Positions 9,733-18,934 of a stretch of 64,000 nucleotides of DNA are shown in pieces. Under the pieces are notes generated by a model. The model did no database searches. It saw only the letters and a program-made list of their open reading frames with translations, and was not told the origin of the DNA. Location: positions 157,423 to 221,422 of the IMG/VR virus record IMGVR_UViG_3300024054_000362. One strand, given 5' to 3'. The position numbers and the translations under genes were made by a program. Numbering within the stretch: the first letter of the stretch is position 1; each line of letters starts with the position of its first letter.

Positions 9733-10308
9733 GTGCCGCGCCACGTGATCACCGCGCCGGACGATCCTCCGACGATGACCTGTCCTTCGGGACCGATGGT
9801 CTATCTCGCAGGCCCGATCCAGGGCTCGGCGAACTGGCAGATGGAGGCGATCCAAATTCTTGATGATCTGGCGCCTGAGCTTCACGTCGCGTCGCCGCGG
9901 GCGAAGGACTTCAAGGGTGGCGCCGAGAGGTTTCTTGCGTGGGAGCAGCAGGCACTTGTTCGTGCGGCGGCGGACGGCGTCGTGTTGTTCTGGTTGGCGA
10001 AGGAGACCAAGCATCACTGCAGTCGACCGTATGCTGCGAACGCACGCTTCGAACTGGGCGAGCTGGCCGTGAAGGCGGCCACAGGTCTTTTGTGCGTCGT
10101 CGTTGGAATCGAACAAGGTTTCCCGGGCGGGAAGTACTTGCAGCGTCGGTTGACACTCTCGTACCCACAGATTCCGATCTGTCGAACACTTCGTCAGACG
10201 TGTGCGGTTGCGGCCGAGCGTGCTTGCGTCGACACGCTCTCAGCGGCGCTTCCACGATCGTTGGCCGAGCTGTTCGTGGTGCCGTCGTTCGGCCGGAACA
10301 ACGGTTAG
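9733..10308 (+). CDS. nucleoside 2-deoxyribosyltransferase-like protein
   Basis: VYLAGPIQG..WQ, WE..AL, VVLFW, RFELGE; start uncertain. Confidence 0.7.
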   Translation: MPRHVITAPDDPPTMTCPSGPMVYLAGPIQGSANWQMEAIQILDDLAPELHVASPRAKDFKGGAERFLAWEQQALVRAAADGVVLFWLAKETKHHCSRPYAANARFELGELAVKAATGLLCVVVGIEQGFPGGKYLQRRLTLSYPQIPICRTLRQTCAVAAERACVDTLSAALPRSLAELFVVPSFGRNNG

Positions 10309-10694
10309 AAGCCAGCGCGCTTGAGTGCTTCGTCGATCTCTTCTTCGACGGCTCTGGCGAGGTTGTGCTTCTGATCGATGGTGAGGCGCTTCCACGCCTG
10401 TACAGTCATCCTTTCGGGCGACTGCCACTCGAACACGCCGACCATCTGCGTGAGCGCCGCGACCTTGCTCCTGCTTCGACTGAATACAACGCGTTCCGCG
10501 AGCCACTTCGGGCCGAAGCCGTAGTTGCCTCCGAGCAACCAGCCAACTCGCTCCCCAACAATTTGGGGCGTATCGCGCATGGCCTCGAAGAAGTCGTCGC
10601 GCGCTGCTTGTCGATCGACGAGCGGAGCTGCGTTGACTTCCTGGGCCTGCCTGCGCGCGATCGCGATCTCGCGCTTCTCGTAGTCACCGGACAT
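10305..10694 (-). CDS. hypothetical protein
   Basis: ORF directly downstream of 10698-10958. Confidence 0.55.
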   Translation of the reverse strand: MSGDYEKREIAIARRQAQEVNAAPLVDRQAARDDFFEAMRDTPQIVGERVGWLLGGNYGFGPKWLAERVVFSRSRSKVAALTQMVGVFEWQSPERMTVQAWKRLTIDQKHNLARAVEEEIDEALKRAGF

Positions 10695-10697
10695 GAG

Positions 10698-10958
10698 TTA
10701 CCGATGGCGACGGCGACGGGCGATCTTCTTGAGGGCCATCATCTTGCCGCCGCTTCCGACGACCTTGTACGACGTCTTGCGCCCGCGCTTCAGCGGACAG
10801 ACGCGGATTTTGCCGACGGGGCAGTAGCGACCTTTGCCCTTGTAGCGGCGGCCACCGATCTTGATGCTGCAGTCGCTGGCCGTGAACGTTCGGCAGTAGG
10901 CCGACTTGCCGTGCCGAGCAGCCGTGAACCGACGACGACGCTTTCTGCGCTTTGCCAT
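10698..10958 (-). CDS. small Arg/Lys-rich protein
   Basis: MAKRRKRRRR...ARRRRHR, four Cys. Confidence 0.6.
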   Translation of the reverse strand: MAKRRKRRRRFTAARHGKSAYCRTFTASDCSIKIGGRRYKGKGRYCPVGKIRVCPLKRGRKTSYKVVGSGGKMMALKKIARRRRHR

Positions 10959-10997
10959 ACCCTATCCATACCATCGATCGCGCACGGGAAGCGAGTT

Positions 10998-11013
10998 GAT
11001 CGCGCGAGCGATC
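10998..11013. promoter_or_regulatory. GATCGC-N4-RCGATC palindrome
   Basis: GATCGCGCGAGCGATC, followed after 5 nt by TACCGT. Confidence 0.7.
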
Positions 11014-11075
11014 GGGGGTACCGTTCAGGCACCTCGCTCGACTTCGTCGAGCCCGGCTACGGCTAGGAGGCGATC

Positions 11076-11426
11076 ATGGCTCTGGTTCTGAAACGCGAAG
11101 GCGCGTCGCCCAATCTTCTGAAGTACAGCGTCGTGGCCGACGCCGAGGGCGGTGAAGTCGTGTTGAGCCGTGATGCCTTGATTCGAGACACCGTACGCGG
11201 ACCCTTGCAGACGTACGTCGAACGCGGTGTTCGCGTCGACGATCCCTGCCGCTACCTCCTGTGCAACCCGTCGATGCGGACTTTCGTGACGCCACGGACG
11301 TTCGCGCGAGTTGCTGTCGACGCGGTCACCGAAGGTCCGTCGTCGGCAGTCGCCTTCAAGATCATGGCAGAGCCCAACGCGACTGCGATCGTTGCGCTCG
11401 AATTTCGACACACACTCGCAGCGTAA
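11076..11426 (+). CDS. hypothetical protein, possibly structural
   Basis: AGGAGG RBS; first gene downstream of the palindrome. Confidence 0.6.
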   Translation: MALVLKREGASPNLLKYSVVADAEGGEVVLSRDALIRDTVRGPLQTYVERGVRVDDPCRYLLCNPSMRTFVTPRTFARVAVDAVTEGPSSAVAFKIMAEPNATAIVALEFRHTLAA

Positions 11427-11435
11427 AGGGACCCC

Positions 11436-11828
11436 ATGAGCAAGAACGCAGGACAACTTCTTTGGAACCGCCAACGGATCAATCTCCCGGCGGGAACGAC
11501 GCAAGTCAACACCGGTCTCACCCAGATCAACCGGTCGTTCGAAAGCGAGTCGATCGGCGAACCACCACTCGGTGTGACTGCGGCGCCTCCAGGGCCGGCG
11601 CCTGGCACGTTGCCGGCATCACGTGTCCAGGTCATCCCGCTCGCTCAGACGGACAAGTGGGCCAACGTCACCCACGGCGAGCCGTACCTCAACCCGGCGA
11701 CGAACACGATTTTCGTCGCGTTTCAGAACGCCTCTGAGATTGGCATCACCGATCTCAACGTCCTGTTCTGGTTGCCGCACTCGATGATCGGTCCGGGCGA
11801 CGCCGATACGTACAACCTCGCGGACTAG
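11436..11828 (+). CDS. hypothetical beta-rich protein, paralogue A
   Basis: MSKNAGQLLWNRQR...GPGDADTYN; highly similar to 15753-16148. Confidence 0.75.
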   Translation: MSKNAGQLLWNRQRINLPAGTTQVNTGLTQINRSFESESIGEPPLGVTAAPPGPAPGTLPASRVQVIPLAQTDKWANVTHGEPYLNPATNTIFVAFQNASEIGITDLNVLFWLPHSMIGPGDADTYNLAD

Positions 11829-11835
11829 TCGGAAC

Positions 11836-12327
11836 ATGCTCCGGCGGTATTGCTGGAACGATCCATCGACGTTCCTCGACGCGCTTCGAGGGGAGGTTCT
11901 TCGTCGCGCATCACTCACGCCGTCGTTCTTCTCGCACAACGTCGGCGGTTGGCGCTCCGAAGACGATTTTTTCGAATGGCCGTTGGAGCAGGCGACACAG
12001 CTCCGTGTGCGCTTCGCCGAGATCGTCGGTGAGTTACCGTCGACCAAGGACCCTCATACGTACCGGTATCGTGCATGGGCGATCGTGAACCGCGCAGGTA
12101 GTTTCCACCGCAGACACGTCCACGGAGGATCTATCTGGTCGGGCGTCTTCTATGTCGACGCGGGCGGTCATCCGAGTGCGCGAACACTTTTCGAAATCGA
12201 AGGACGAGTCTTTCACATCGATCCAGAATCGGGCCTGATGACGGTGTTTCCGTCGTGCACACCTCACAGCGTAGAACCTCACCTCGGCGGCGGCGAACGC
12301 GTTACGATCGCCTTTGACGCATATTAG
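11836..12327 (+). CDS. 2OG-Fe(II) oxygenase (TIGR02466-like)
   Basis: WAIVN..G.FH..HVH, WSGVFYV, FPS..PHSVEPH, ERVTIAF. Confidence 0.85.
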   Translation: MLRRYCWNDPSTFLDALRGEVLRRASLTPSFFSHNVGGWRSEDDFFEWPLEQATQLRVRFAEIVGELPSTKDPHTYRYRAWAIVNRAGSFHRRHVHGGSIWSGVFYVDAGGHPSARTLFEIEGRVFHIDPESGLMTVFPSCTPHSVEPHLGGGERVTIAFDAY

Positions 12328-12336
12328 GAGGCACAC

Positions 12337-12519
12337 ATGTTAGCGATGACGTTTAGTGGTCCGCGTGGCGGACACGGTGGAGGGCACGGTGGTGGCGGAC
12401 ATGGCGGTGGACACGGCGGTGGCGGTTTCCGTCGCGGCGGCGGTTTTCGTCGCGGCGGTGGATGGTGGCCCAACTACTACGGCTACGGTCCTGAGGTTGT
12501 AGTCCTCCCGCCCGTATAG
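12337..12519 (+). CDS. Gly/His-rich small protein with MLA start
   Basis: GGGH and RRGGG repeats; AGGAGG RBS. Confidence 0.55.
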   Translation: MLAMTFSGPRGGHGGGHGGGGHGGGHGGGGFRRGGGFRRGGGWWPNYYGYGPEVVVLPPV

Positions 12520-12616
12520 ACGGACTGTCAGTTCACGATCCGAATGCCGACCGGTGAGCAGATCATCGTGGTTGGTCCGTGTCCGACGGCGCTGACCCAA
12601 CCCGTCAACGCGTTGA

Positions 12617-13306
12617 TCACGCCGCGCTGAGCGTTGTCAGCCGGCGTGCCGCGATCAACCAATCGGTGGCTTCATCCGGGATGGCTGTGTGTTCGGCGTG
12701 CGAGAGCGTGCGCCACGACGGTGGTACGTATCGTCGAGGGCTGGTGTTGTTGACGTGCGTCGATGCGATCAGGAAGGTCCGTGCAGGCATCGCTGGGCGT
12801 TCACGGTGTGCGTTGCACCAGAGGACGTCTTCGCCCGAGTCGACGTCATCGAAGGGATGCTTGTGCCAGAGGTCACGTAGGTATAGGAGCGACGCACCAA
12901 CAGCTCCGGGAAGCTCGGCCGAATATGTGTACTGCCAGTAGTCGCCGGTTCGCAGGTCGAAGAACGGAAGTGTCCGTAGTCCTGAAACTGCGACACCGCC
13001 CGCACGAAGGACGCCAACCTGCTCTTGAAGTCGCCACGGTGCGTACCAATCGTCGTCATCCCAGTGCGCCACGATGGTGCCGCGAGCGTGCGTGAGCCCG
13101 AGGTTGCGTTTGGCGCCGAGTCTGAGGCCGTCTGTTTCGATGAACCGGATGCGTTCGTCGTTTGGCAGCAGTGACGCGATTGGTCGTGGTCCGACGACGA
13201 TCAGCTCACGATTGTCGTAGGTCTGTGCCTGCCAGCAGCGGAGCGTGAGAGGAATCCAGAGGGCGCGCCGAACGGTCGTCGGCATGATCGCACTTACGAG
13301 TGTCAT
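12617..13306 (-). CDS. GT2 glycosyltransferase
   Basis: VSAIMPT, QTY.NRELIVV, GAKRN, HWDDDDWY, GED. Confidence 0.9.
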   Translation of the reverse strand: MTLVSAIMPTTVRRALWIPLTLRCWQAQTYDNRELIVVGPRPIASLLPNDERIRFIETDGLRLGAKRNLGLTHARGTIVAHWDDDDWYAPWRLQEQVGVLRAGGVAVSGLRTLPFFDLRTGDYWQYTYSAELPGAVGASLLYLRDLWHKHPFDDVDSGEDVLWCNAHRERPAMPARTFLIASTHVNNTSPRRYVPPSWRTLSHAEHTAIPDEATDWLIAARRLTTLSAA

Positions 13307-13345
13307 CGTTGAAATCGGCGGTGAGGATCTTCATCATACCGTTCG

Positions 13346-13996
13346 ATGCAGGTGATCGTCAGCATGACGTCGATTCCGGCGCGCAACGGCCGACTCGCGT
13401 CGACGCTCGCCTCGTTGCAATCACAGACACGGCTGCCAGACGAGATTCGGCTCTACCTCGGGCCTGGATGTGCGCTCGTCGCAGACGTGACGTGCGTCGA
13501 TGTTGAAGATCGCGGGCCGATCACCAAGTTGTCAGCGGTCGTGGATCCAGAAATTCCTGACGACGCGTTGATTGTTACCGTCGACGACGACATCCTCTAC
13601 GAACCGACTTGGCTGGAGACGTTGGTGGCTGCCGCTGAAGCGTCGCCGGGAGCGGTAGTTGGACGTTCGGGCTGGTTGGTTGCAGACTTCCTGCGTAGCG
13701 AGCATCACGGCTACTTCATCTGGGCGCAGGAAGACACGTGCGACGTCCTAGAAGGCTGGGCGGGCGTTGCCTATCGCAAGAGCTTCTTCGACGGATCCGT
13801 ACTCGAACCGCCGCCGGAGTTTCGACTTGTCGATGACGTTTGGATCTCTGGTTACCTCTATCGGCGTGGTATCGAACGTCGCATCGTTCGTCCACCGATG
13901 GCCATCCCCGATCCGAAGGGTCTGCCGGGTCTTCACAACAGGTCTGACTTCGTCAAACTCAACCGCAAAGCCGCACGGATCGCCTTCGCACCATGA
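13346..13996 (+). CDS. GT-A glycosyltransferase
   Basis: VSMTSIPAR, DRGPITKL, IVTVDDDILY, VDDVWISG. Confidence 0.85.
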   Translation: MQVIVSMTSIPARNGRLASTLASLQSQTRLPDEIRLYLGPGCALVADVTCVDVEDRGPITKLSAVVDPEIPDDALIVTVDDDILYEPTWLETLVAAAEASPGAVVGRSGWLVADFLRSEHHGYFIWAQEDTCDVLEGWAGVAYRKSFFDGSVLEPPPEFRLVDDVWISGYLYRRGIERRIVRPPMAIPDPKGLPGLHNRSDFVKLNRKAARIAFAP

Positions 13997-15204
13997 ACCC
14001 TATCAAGCTGTCCATCTGCATCAGTTCGCTCAACAGTCGGCACGCAACGTTGCACCGTCTCGTACGGCAGCTCCAGACACAACCACGTAGCGACGAGATC
14101 GAGATCCTGATCGCTGCCGACGAGCGACGACATCCCACCGGTGCCAAGCGCAATCGGTTGGTGGCTTCTGCCGTTGGTGCCTACGTCGTTCACATCGACG
14201 ACGATGACATGGTTGCGGTCGACTACGTCCCCAAGGTACTTGCTGCGATCGATGCGAATCGTGGCGTCGACGTCATCCTGCTTCGCGGTCGCCGTACGCA
14301 TGTGGGTGGAGCTGCAGTCGTGTTCGACTATCGGCTCGGCGGTGAAGAAGGCGAAGTCGACAAGAACGGCGTCCTCTGGCGCAACCCGGCCCATTTGTGT
14401 CCCATCCGTGCGGACATCGCCAAGTCGGTTCCGTTTGAGGAGATCTGGTTCGCTGAAGATGTTCGTTGGCTCGAACAGGTCAAGCCTCTTCTCAAGACCG
14501 CTGCGCGCGCAGGCACACCTAACGAAGTGCTCTACAACTACCTATGGGAACCTAACAAGGACGTCTATATCTCCATGGTCACCGATCCGAAAGCCCCCAA
14601 GCCCGTCATGAAGATCGGCGGCGTCGTCATCGCAAACCCGGCAGCGACCGTCGACGTTTCCGATCACGAGTGCATCTTCGCGCCACAGTACGTCGAGCGA
14701 TCAGGACCCGGCTCGACGGTCGAATTCAGTGCGCCGTACCGCGAGTTTCTGCGCAACTTCATCCGCGATCTGAAGATCCGTTCGATCGTCGATCTCGGCT
14801 GCGGTGACATGACCATCATGTCGAACGTCGACATGAACGACGCGCAATACCTAGGACTCGACGTCATTCCCGAACGCATCAAGCGCAACCGCGTGAAGTG
14901 TCCGCAGCTGGCTTTCGAGCATCGCGACATTCACAAGGGGCCGTTCCCGGCTGCGGACCTCTTCATTTGCAAGGATGTCGTCCAACACTGGTCGAACGAG
15001 GACATCCAAGGCTGGCTCGTCGATCTGCGAAGGGCACACTTTCGCTTCGCGCTCGTTACAAACTGCAACTACGGGCCGACGGTCAACACCAAGATCGCGA
15101 CCGGCGGCTGGCGTGCAATCGACTTGACCAAATCGCCGTTCTCCGTCGGCGAAGTCGTCTTCACCTGGGGCAACAAGGATGTCGTCCTACTGCGAGGCAT
15201 GTGA
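13993..15204 (+). CDS. GT2 glycosyltransferase fused to class I SAM methyltransferase
   Basis: GAKRN, HIDDDD, AED in N-half; SGPGS, VDLGCGD, KDVVQHW in C-half. Confidence 0.85.
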   Translation: MNPIKLSICISSLNSRHATLHRLVRQLQTQPRSDEIEILIAADERRHPTGAKRNRLVASAVGAYVVHIDDDDMVAVDYVPKVLAAIDANRGVDVILLRGRRTHVGGAAVVFDYRLGGEEGEVDKNGVLWRNPAHLCPIRADIAKSVPFEEIWFAEDVRWLEQVKPLLKTAARAGTPNEVLYNYLWEPNKDVYISMVTDPKAPKPVMKIGGVVIANPAATVDVSDHECIFAPQYVERSGPGSTVEFSAPYREFLRNFIRDLKIRSIVDLGCGDMTIMSNVDMNDAQYLGLDVIPERIKRNRVKCPQLAFEHRDIHKGPFPAADLFICKDVVQHWSNEDIQGWLVDLRRAHFRFALVTNCNYGPTVNTKIATGGWRAIDLTKSPFSVGEVVFTWGNKDVVLLRGM

Positions 15205-15752
15205 TGCATCTCCACGAAATTCTCACTGCCGAGTTCAACCGTTTCGGCAACGCACCGCTCAACATCATCGAGACCGGTACGATTCGCGGCGACAGTGAGG
15301 CGTCTCGCCTCGGTGACGGCTGGTCGACGCTCTGGTTCGCAGAGCGTCGTGCGCGATGCGGCGGTGAGCTGCTCTCGATCGACCTGGACGTGTCGACGGC
15401 GGCAACGGTGCTCGCCGAGCACGGCGTCGCGGATGGCGTCGAACTGGAACAAGGCCACAGCATCGATCGTCTGGCGTTCCGTTGCCGTCGAGGTCGACGA
15501 TGGGACGTCATCCTTCTCGACAGCGACAACGACGCACAGCTCATCCTGCACGAGTTTCTGATCGCGCAGCACCTCGTCACCGATGGCGGTCTCGTCATGA
15601 TCGATGACGTCCGTATGCCGAACCAACCGATCGGCGCCCTCAAGGGCGATCAGGTATGGCCCTACATCAAGAAGCGCGGTCTCGCGCATCACATCGTAGA
15701 GCGTGAAGGCTGGAACGGTTATCGCACGGGCGTACTCACCGTCCAGCTGTGA
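15204..15752 (+). CDS. class I SAM methyltransferase (Methyltransf_24-like)
   Basis: IIETGT, SIDLD, ILLDS, GGLVMIDD, KG; TGATG coupling. Confidence 0.8.
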   Translation: MHLHEILTAEFNRFGNAPLNIIETGTIRGDSEASRLGDGWSTLWFAERRARCGGELLSIDLDVSTAATVLAEHGVADGVELEQGHSIDRLAFRCRRGRRWDVILLDSDNDAQLILHEFLIAQHLVTDGGLVMIDDVRMPNQPIGALKGDQVWPYIKKRGLAHHIVEREGWNGYRTGVLTVQL

Positions 15753-16148
15753 CTACTGGCCGGGGTTGTACGTGTCCGCGTCGCCGGGTCCCACGATCGA
15801 GTGTGGATCCCAGAAGAGCACGTTCGGTGTCACTGTCACCGGTGGCGAGCTGGTGTTGGTGAACGTGACCTTTACGGTGTTGGTCGCTGGGTCGACGAAC
15901 GGCTCGCCGTGGGTGATGCCTGTCCAGTCCGATAGCGGCGCCATCGGGATCACCTGGATACGCGACGCCGGAAGGGTACCGTCGGCAGGTCCCGGTGGTG
16001 CCACTGTCACACCGAGAGGCGGTTCGCCGATCGACTCGCTCTCGAACGACCTGTTGACCTGGGTGAGACCGGTGTCGATGGTCGTCACGCCGCCCGCCAG
16101 CGTCATGCGCTGACGATTCCAGAGAAGCTGTCCTGCCTTCTTGCTCAT
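15753..16148 (-). CDS. hypothetical beta-rich protein, paralogue B
   Basis: MSKKAGQLLWNRQR...GPGDADTYN; inverted paralogue of 11436-11828. Confidence 0.75.
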   Translation of the reverse strand: MSKKAGQLLWNRQRMTLAGGVTTIDTGLTQVNRSFESESIGEPPLGVTVAPPGPADGTLPASRIQVIPMAPLSDWTGITHGEPFVDPATNTVKVTFTNTSSPPVTVTPNVLFWDPHSIVGPGDADTYNPGQ

Positions 16149-16212
16149 GGTTTCTCCTGTGCCGTAGCCGGATCCCGCAAAATGCGGGACGAGGTTCCAT
16201 GAAGCTACACCC

Positions 16213-16228
16213 GATCGCGCGAGCGATC
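16213..16228. promoter_or_regulatory. GATCGC-N4-RCGATC palindrome
   Basis: GATCGCGCGAGCGATC; on minus strand followed after 5 nt by TAGCTT. Confidence 0.7.
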
Positions 16229-16910
16229 AACGCCGCCTACGATAACGTCGACCTACGCCCGCGCTGCCGTGCCGCTTGGCGCGCCAACGGGACACGCCAT
16301 ACACGATTCCGGCACCGAGCCCAGCAAGCACAACGGCCGCGCCGGCTCCGACGAGGATCGGATGGTCGAGGGCGAACTGGGCCGCCGGATGCTTGTTGAG
16401 GAAGATCGCTGTGTCGAGGACAGGAATCAGCTTATCGACGCCGGAGCCCGTCGAAGTAGCTGGCGCAGAACCGTCAGCGGGTACGGGTGCCTTGGCAGCT
16501 TCTTGCGCCTTCAAGGTCTGAAGGCGTTCGATCACCTGTGGAAGTGCAGGGTCCTGTGCGATCTGAAGAATCGTGTCGAGGTGCGGTCCGGCTTGCGTGA
16601 GGATCTGTTGGAGCTTCGCAAGCAGCTCGGGAGCCTGCTGCACGATGGCGGCGATGTCGCTGGTGATGTCGCCAAGGCCGTTCGACATGAAAGGCAGCCG
16701 CGCAAGGCGGGACTGCAAATCGAAATCGTCATCGGTCGACCACACCGTCGGCCAGTTCTTGGGCTGACCTGGGATCGCGCCGACGCCGGCAAGGCCGGGG
16801 GGTTGCGGGATGAAATGGAAGACGCGACCAGCGCGTGCGATCGCGTCTTCTTGCGCATCGGTCGAGAGCACTCGCACGGAGCCGCCAAGCTGATGTTGAA
16901 GTGCGAGCAC
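16227..16910 (-). CDS. membrane protein (MLA leader, GLG motif, TM, Arg tail)
   Basis: MLALQHQLGG...NGLGD...TM...AGVGRRYRRRR. Confidence 0.7.
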   Translation of the reverse strand: MLALQHQLGGSVRVLSTDAQEDAIARAGRVFHFIPQPPGLAGVGAIPGQPKNWPTVWSTDDDFDLQSRLARLPFMSNGLGDITSDIAAIVQQAPELLAKLQQILTQAGPHLDTILQIAQDPALPQVIERLQTLKAQEAAKAPVPADGSAPATSTGSGVDKLIPVLDTAIFLNKHPAAQFALDHPILVGAGAAVVLAGLGAGIVYGVSRWRAKRHGSAGVGRRYRRRR

Positions 16911-16927
16911 GGTCCAAGCCTATCATC

Positions 16928-16943
16928 GATCGCGCGAGCGATC
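16928..16943. promoter_or_regulatory. GATCGC-N4-RCGATC palindrome
   Basis: GATCGCGCGAGCGATC; on minus strand followed after 5 nt by TAGGCT. Confidence 0.7.
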
Positions 16944-16996
16944 ACGACTCAGCCTTTGTGCTTCCCCATCGCGGATCCCGTAGTAGGGTCGCCGAC

Positions 16997-17578
16997 ATGA
17001 CGATCGAATCTCTCATCGTTGCGATCCTTGCCATCACGGGCACAGCAGCGCCGCACACGTCCAAGAATGCGCGCGTGCACGCAGAGAGCGCACAGGCAGT
17101 CGCCACCGTCGATTTCCCGGTCGAAGTTCTCCTCGGTACGGCCTACGTCGAATCGCGCTTCTATCAGACGGCGCTGAGTCGGTTGGAGGATTGTACGGAT
17201 CCGAAGGATCCTAAAACCTGCATTCGAAAGACCGGCGTGTGGGCCAGCCATGTACCGCCGCCGACGGCGCGACCGGACTGGTACTGTGGGCCGCTACAGA
17301 CGGGCGGCTGGGTCACGTGGGCCGAGTGTCAGCGGATGCGGACGGACGTGCTGTACGGTTACCAGCAGGGCGTGCGCGAGCTGACGAAGTGGTGGAACGA
17401 TCCGAGCTGTTCGCGACTACCGGATGACGATCGGCTGCGTTGTACGCTTGCCGGACACAACGCCGGGTATGCAGGTGCGGCGAACTACAAGGTCTCGCCG
17501 TACGTTCGTGACGTGTTCAAGGCGCGCGATCGGATCGTGAAGATCACCGAGCACGAAGAGTTGAAGCCGGGTAGCTAG
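16997..17578 (+). CDS. SLT-like lytic transglycosylase with signal peptide
   Basis: AYVESRF, CGPLQ, LAGHNAGY; hydrophobic N-terminus. Confidence 0.65.
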   Translation: MTIESLIVAILAITGTAAPHTSKNARVHAESAQAVATVDFPVEVLLGTAYVESRFYQTALSRLEDCTDPKDPKTCIRKTGVWASHVPPPTARPDWYCGPLQTGGWVTWAECQRMRTDVLYGYQQGVRELTKWWNDPSCSRLPDDDRLRCTLAGHNAGYAGAANYKVSPYVRDVFKARDRIVKITEHEELKPGS

Positions 17579-17904
17579 CGGCGCTTCTTGCGGCGGCTCT
17601 TGCGCTTGCGCGAGCGGCCGAGATTCGTGGGACAGAGACTGCCGTGGTAGAGCAGCGTGCCGGCAGGGTATCCACGGTTTTGCCGAGTCTGATTCCGCTC
17701 GGTGTACCAGTCGACGACCTTACGGTTCGTCGAGGACGAACACGGCACGTAGCATTGGATGTCGCCGCGCTGGCTCGGCTTCCCCGACGCCATCGCGACG
17801 TCGACGCACTCGCGCGTACTGAGGCCGTGGCGCTGCGCGGCGCGGCGCGCGCTTTTCATTGGGCCCTTGACGATCAACGAGACGCTGTTCGCACGTGTCG
17901 CCAC
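17575..17904 (-). CDS. small basic protein, paralogue of the C-terminal domain of 20409-20924
   Basis: VSLIVKGP...DIQC...GTLLY...C..NLGRSRKRKSRRKKRR. Confidence 0.65.
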   Translation of the reverse strand: MATRANSVSLIVKGPMKSARRAAQRHGLSTRECVDVAMASGKPSQRGDIQCYVPCSSSTNRKVVDWYTERNQTRQNRGYPAGTLLYHGSLCPTNLGRSRKRKSRRKKRR

Positions 17905-17906
17905 GG

Positions 17907-18344
17907 TTAGCGTCCTGCGGTGCGGTTCTTGGTGCGGCCCGCGTAGCGGTAGAGCGCGACGCCGAACACTGCGAGCGCACCACCGACGGCGAGCGCGCCA
18001 CCGGCGACGAGCATGTTCGAAACCGTCGGGCTCTGGTTCGCGAGGAACGAGTCGATGCCGCCGAACTGACGTCGGTAGGGGATCACGGTCTGGCCTCCGT
18101 TGATGGACGTGAAGTAGCTGGGGTCGCAGTAGTCGCAGACAGGTCCGCGTGCGGGGTAGCGGCGGCGGTACATCTGCGGCGTGCCGCCGGGGCCGTAGAC
18201 CGGTGTCGCGACGCGGGTCGGTCCGACGATGGCCTGATGTGGCGCGAGCGGCTGACCAGCCGATGGAAAAGACACCGTGGGCTCGTCGCGCAGCCCTGCG
18301 AGCTGCGCGTCACTGAGACCTTCCAAGGTGAATACGTGGGGCAC
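17907..18344 (-). CDS. membrane protein with C-terminal TM and basic tail
   Basis: QFGG followed by hydrophobic helix and RYAGRTKNR. Confidence 0.6.
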   Translation of the reverse strand: MPHVFTLEGLSDAQLAGLRDEPTVSFPSAGQPLAPHQAIVGPTRVATPVYGPGGTPQMYRRRYPARGPVCDYCDPSYFTSINGGQTVIPYRRQFGGIDSFLANQSPTVSNMLVAGGALAVGGALAVFGVALYRYAGRTKNRTAGR

Positions 18345-18375
18345 TGGGTCAGCTCCTTGCTCTACAACCTACCAC

Positions 18376-18391
18376 GATCGCGTGCGCGATC
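18376..18391. promoter_or_regulatory. GATCGC-N4-RCGATC palindrome
   Basis: GATCGCGTGCGCGATC; on minus strand followed after 4 nt by TAGGTT. Confidence 0.65.
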
Positions 18392-18392
18392 G

Positions 18393-18926
18393 TTACTTAC
18401 GTCGCCGCCCCCGTAGTGGCATGTCGGGCGGGAAATCGAACTTGCCGGTCGCGGCCCACGTGCCACAGGCGGCGTTTGCCTTGGCGACCGCATCCATGGG
18501 CGAGTCGACGTCGACGCGCACACCGGGCTGCTTGTCCGTGGTGCAGAAGCGCAAGAACGGTTGGCCCTTGTCGAATGCAAGTTGAACTGGGCAACCCTTG
18601 CGCTTGAGCGCACCTGCGCACGGCTTGGGACAGGGGCGTGGCTTTATCTTGCCCTTGTGCTTGCCCTTCTTGACTTCGTACTGGCCACACGACTTCCCGT
18701 CGACGGAATCGACGCTCTTGCTCGTCGAACGGAAGCTGCGGTTGAGGTCGAACTGCGTGACGGCAACGCGGCTCTCGCCAACGATCGTACACGCATTGGC
18801 GTCGACCTGTCCCGTTCGACCTGACTTGGCGCCGACAACGACACGAAGACAAGGCACGCTTGACGTGTCTGGCTTTGGCTTCTTGATCTTCTTGGGCTTG
18901 GTCGTGGTCGTTTGGGATTTCGCCAT
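18393..18926 (-). CDS. Lys/Cys-rich basic protein
   Basis: KPKKIKKPK start; ends PLRGRRRK. Confidence 0.65.
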   Translation of the reverse strand: MAKSQTTTTKPKKIKKPKPDTSSVPCLRVVVGAKSGRTGQVDANACTIVGESRVAVTQFDLNRSFRSTSKSVDSVDGKSCGQYEVKKGKHKGKIKPRPCPKPCAGALKRKGCPVQLAFDKGQPFLRFCTTDKQPGVRVDVDSPMDAVAKANAACGTWAATGKFDFPPDMPLRGRRRK

Positions 18927-18934
18927 GGCGATCC

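Noticed and set aside
9939-11066. 375-aa plus-strand ORF and similar long antisense ORFs (23523-24389, 28324-29475, 37412-38323, 43778-44818)
   Set aside because: Shadow frames of better-supported genes in GC-rich DNA, with no recognisable motifs
12361-12460. GGC/GGT-rich tandem repeats as a DNA repeat element
   Set aside because: Explained by Gly/His low-complexity coding sequence
16173-16189. TCCCGCA-AAA-TGCGGGA hairpin as an intrinsic terminator
   Set aside because: No adjacent U-tract on either strand; function unsupported
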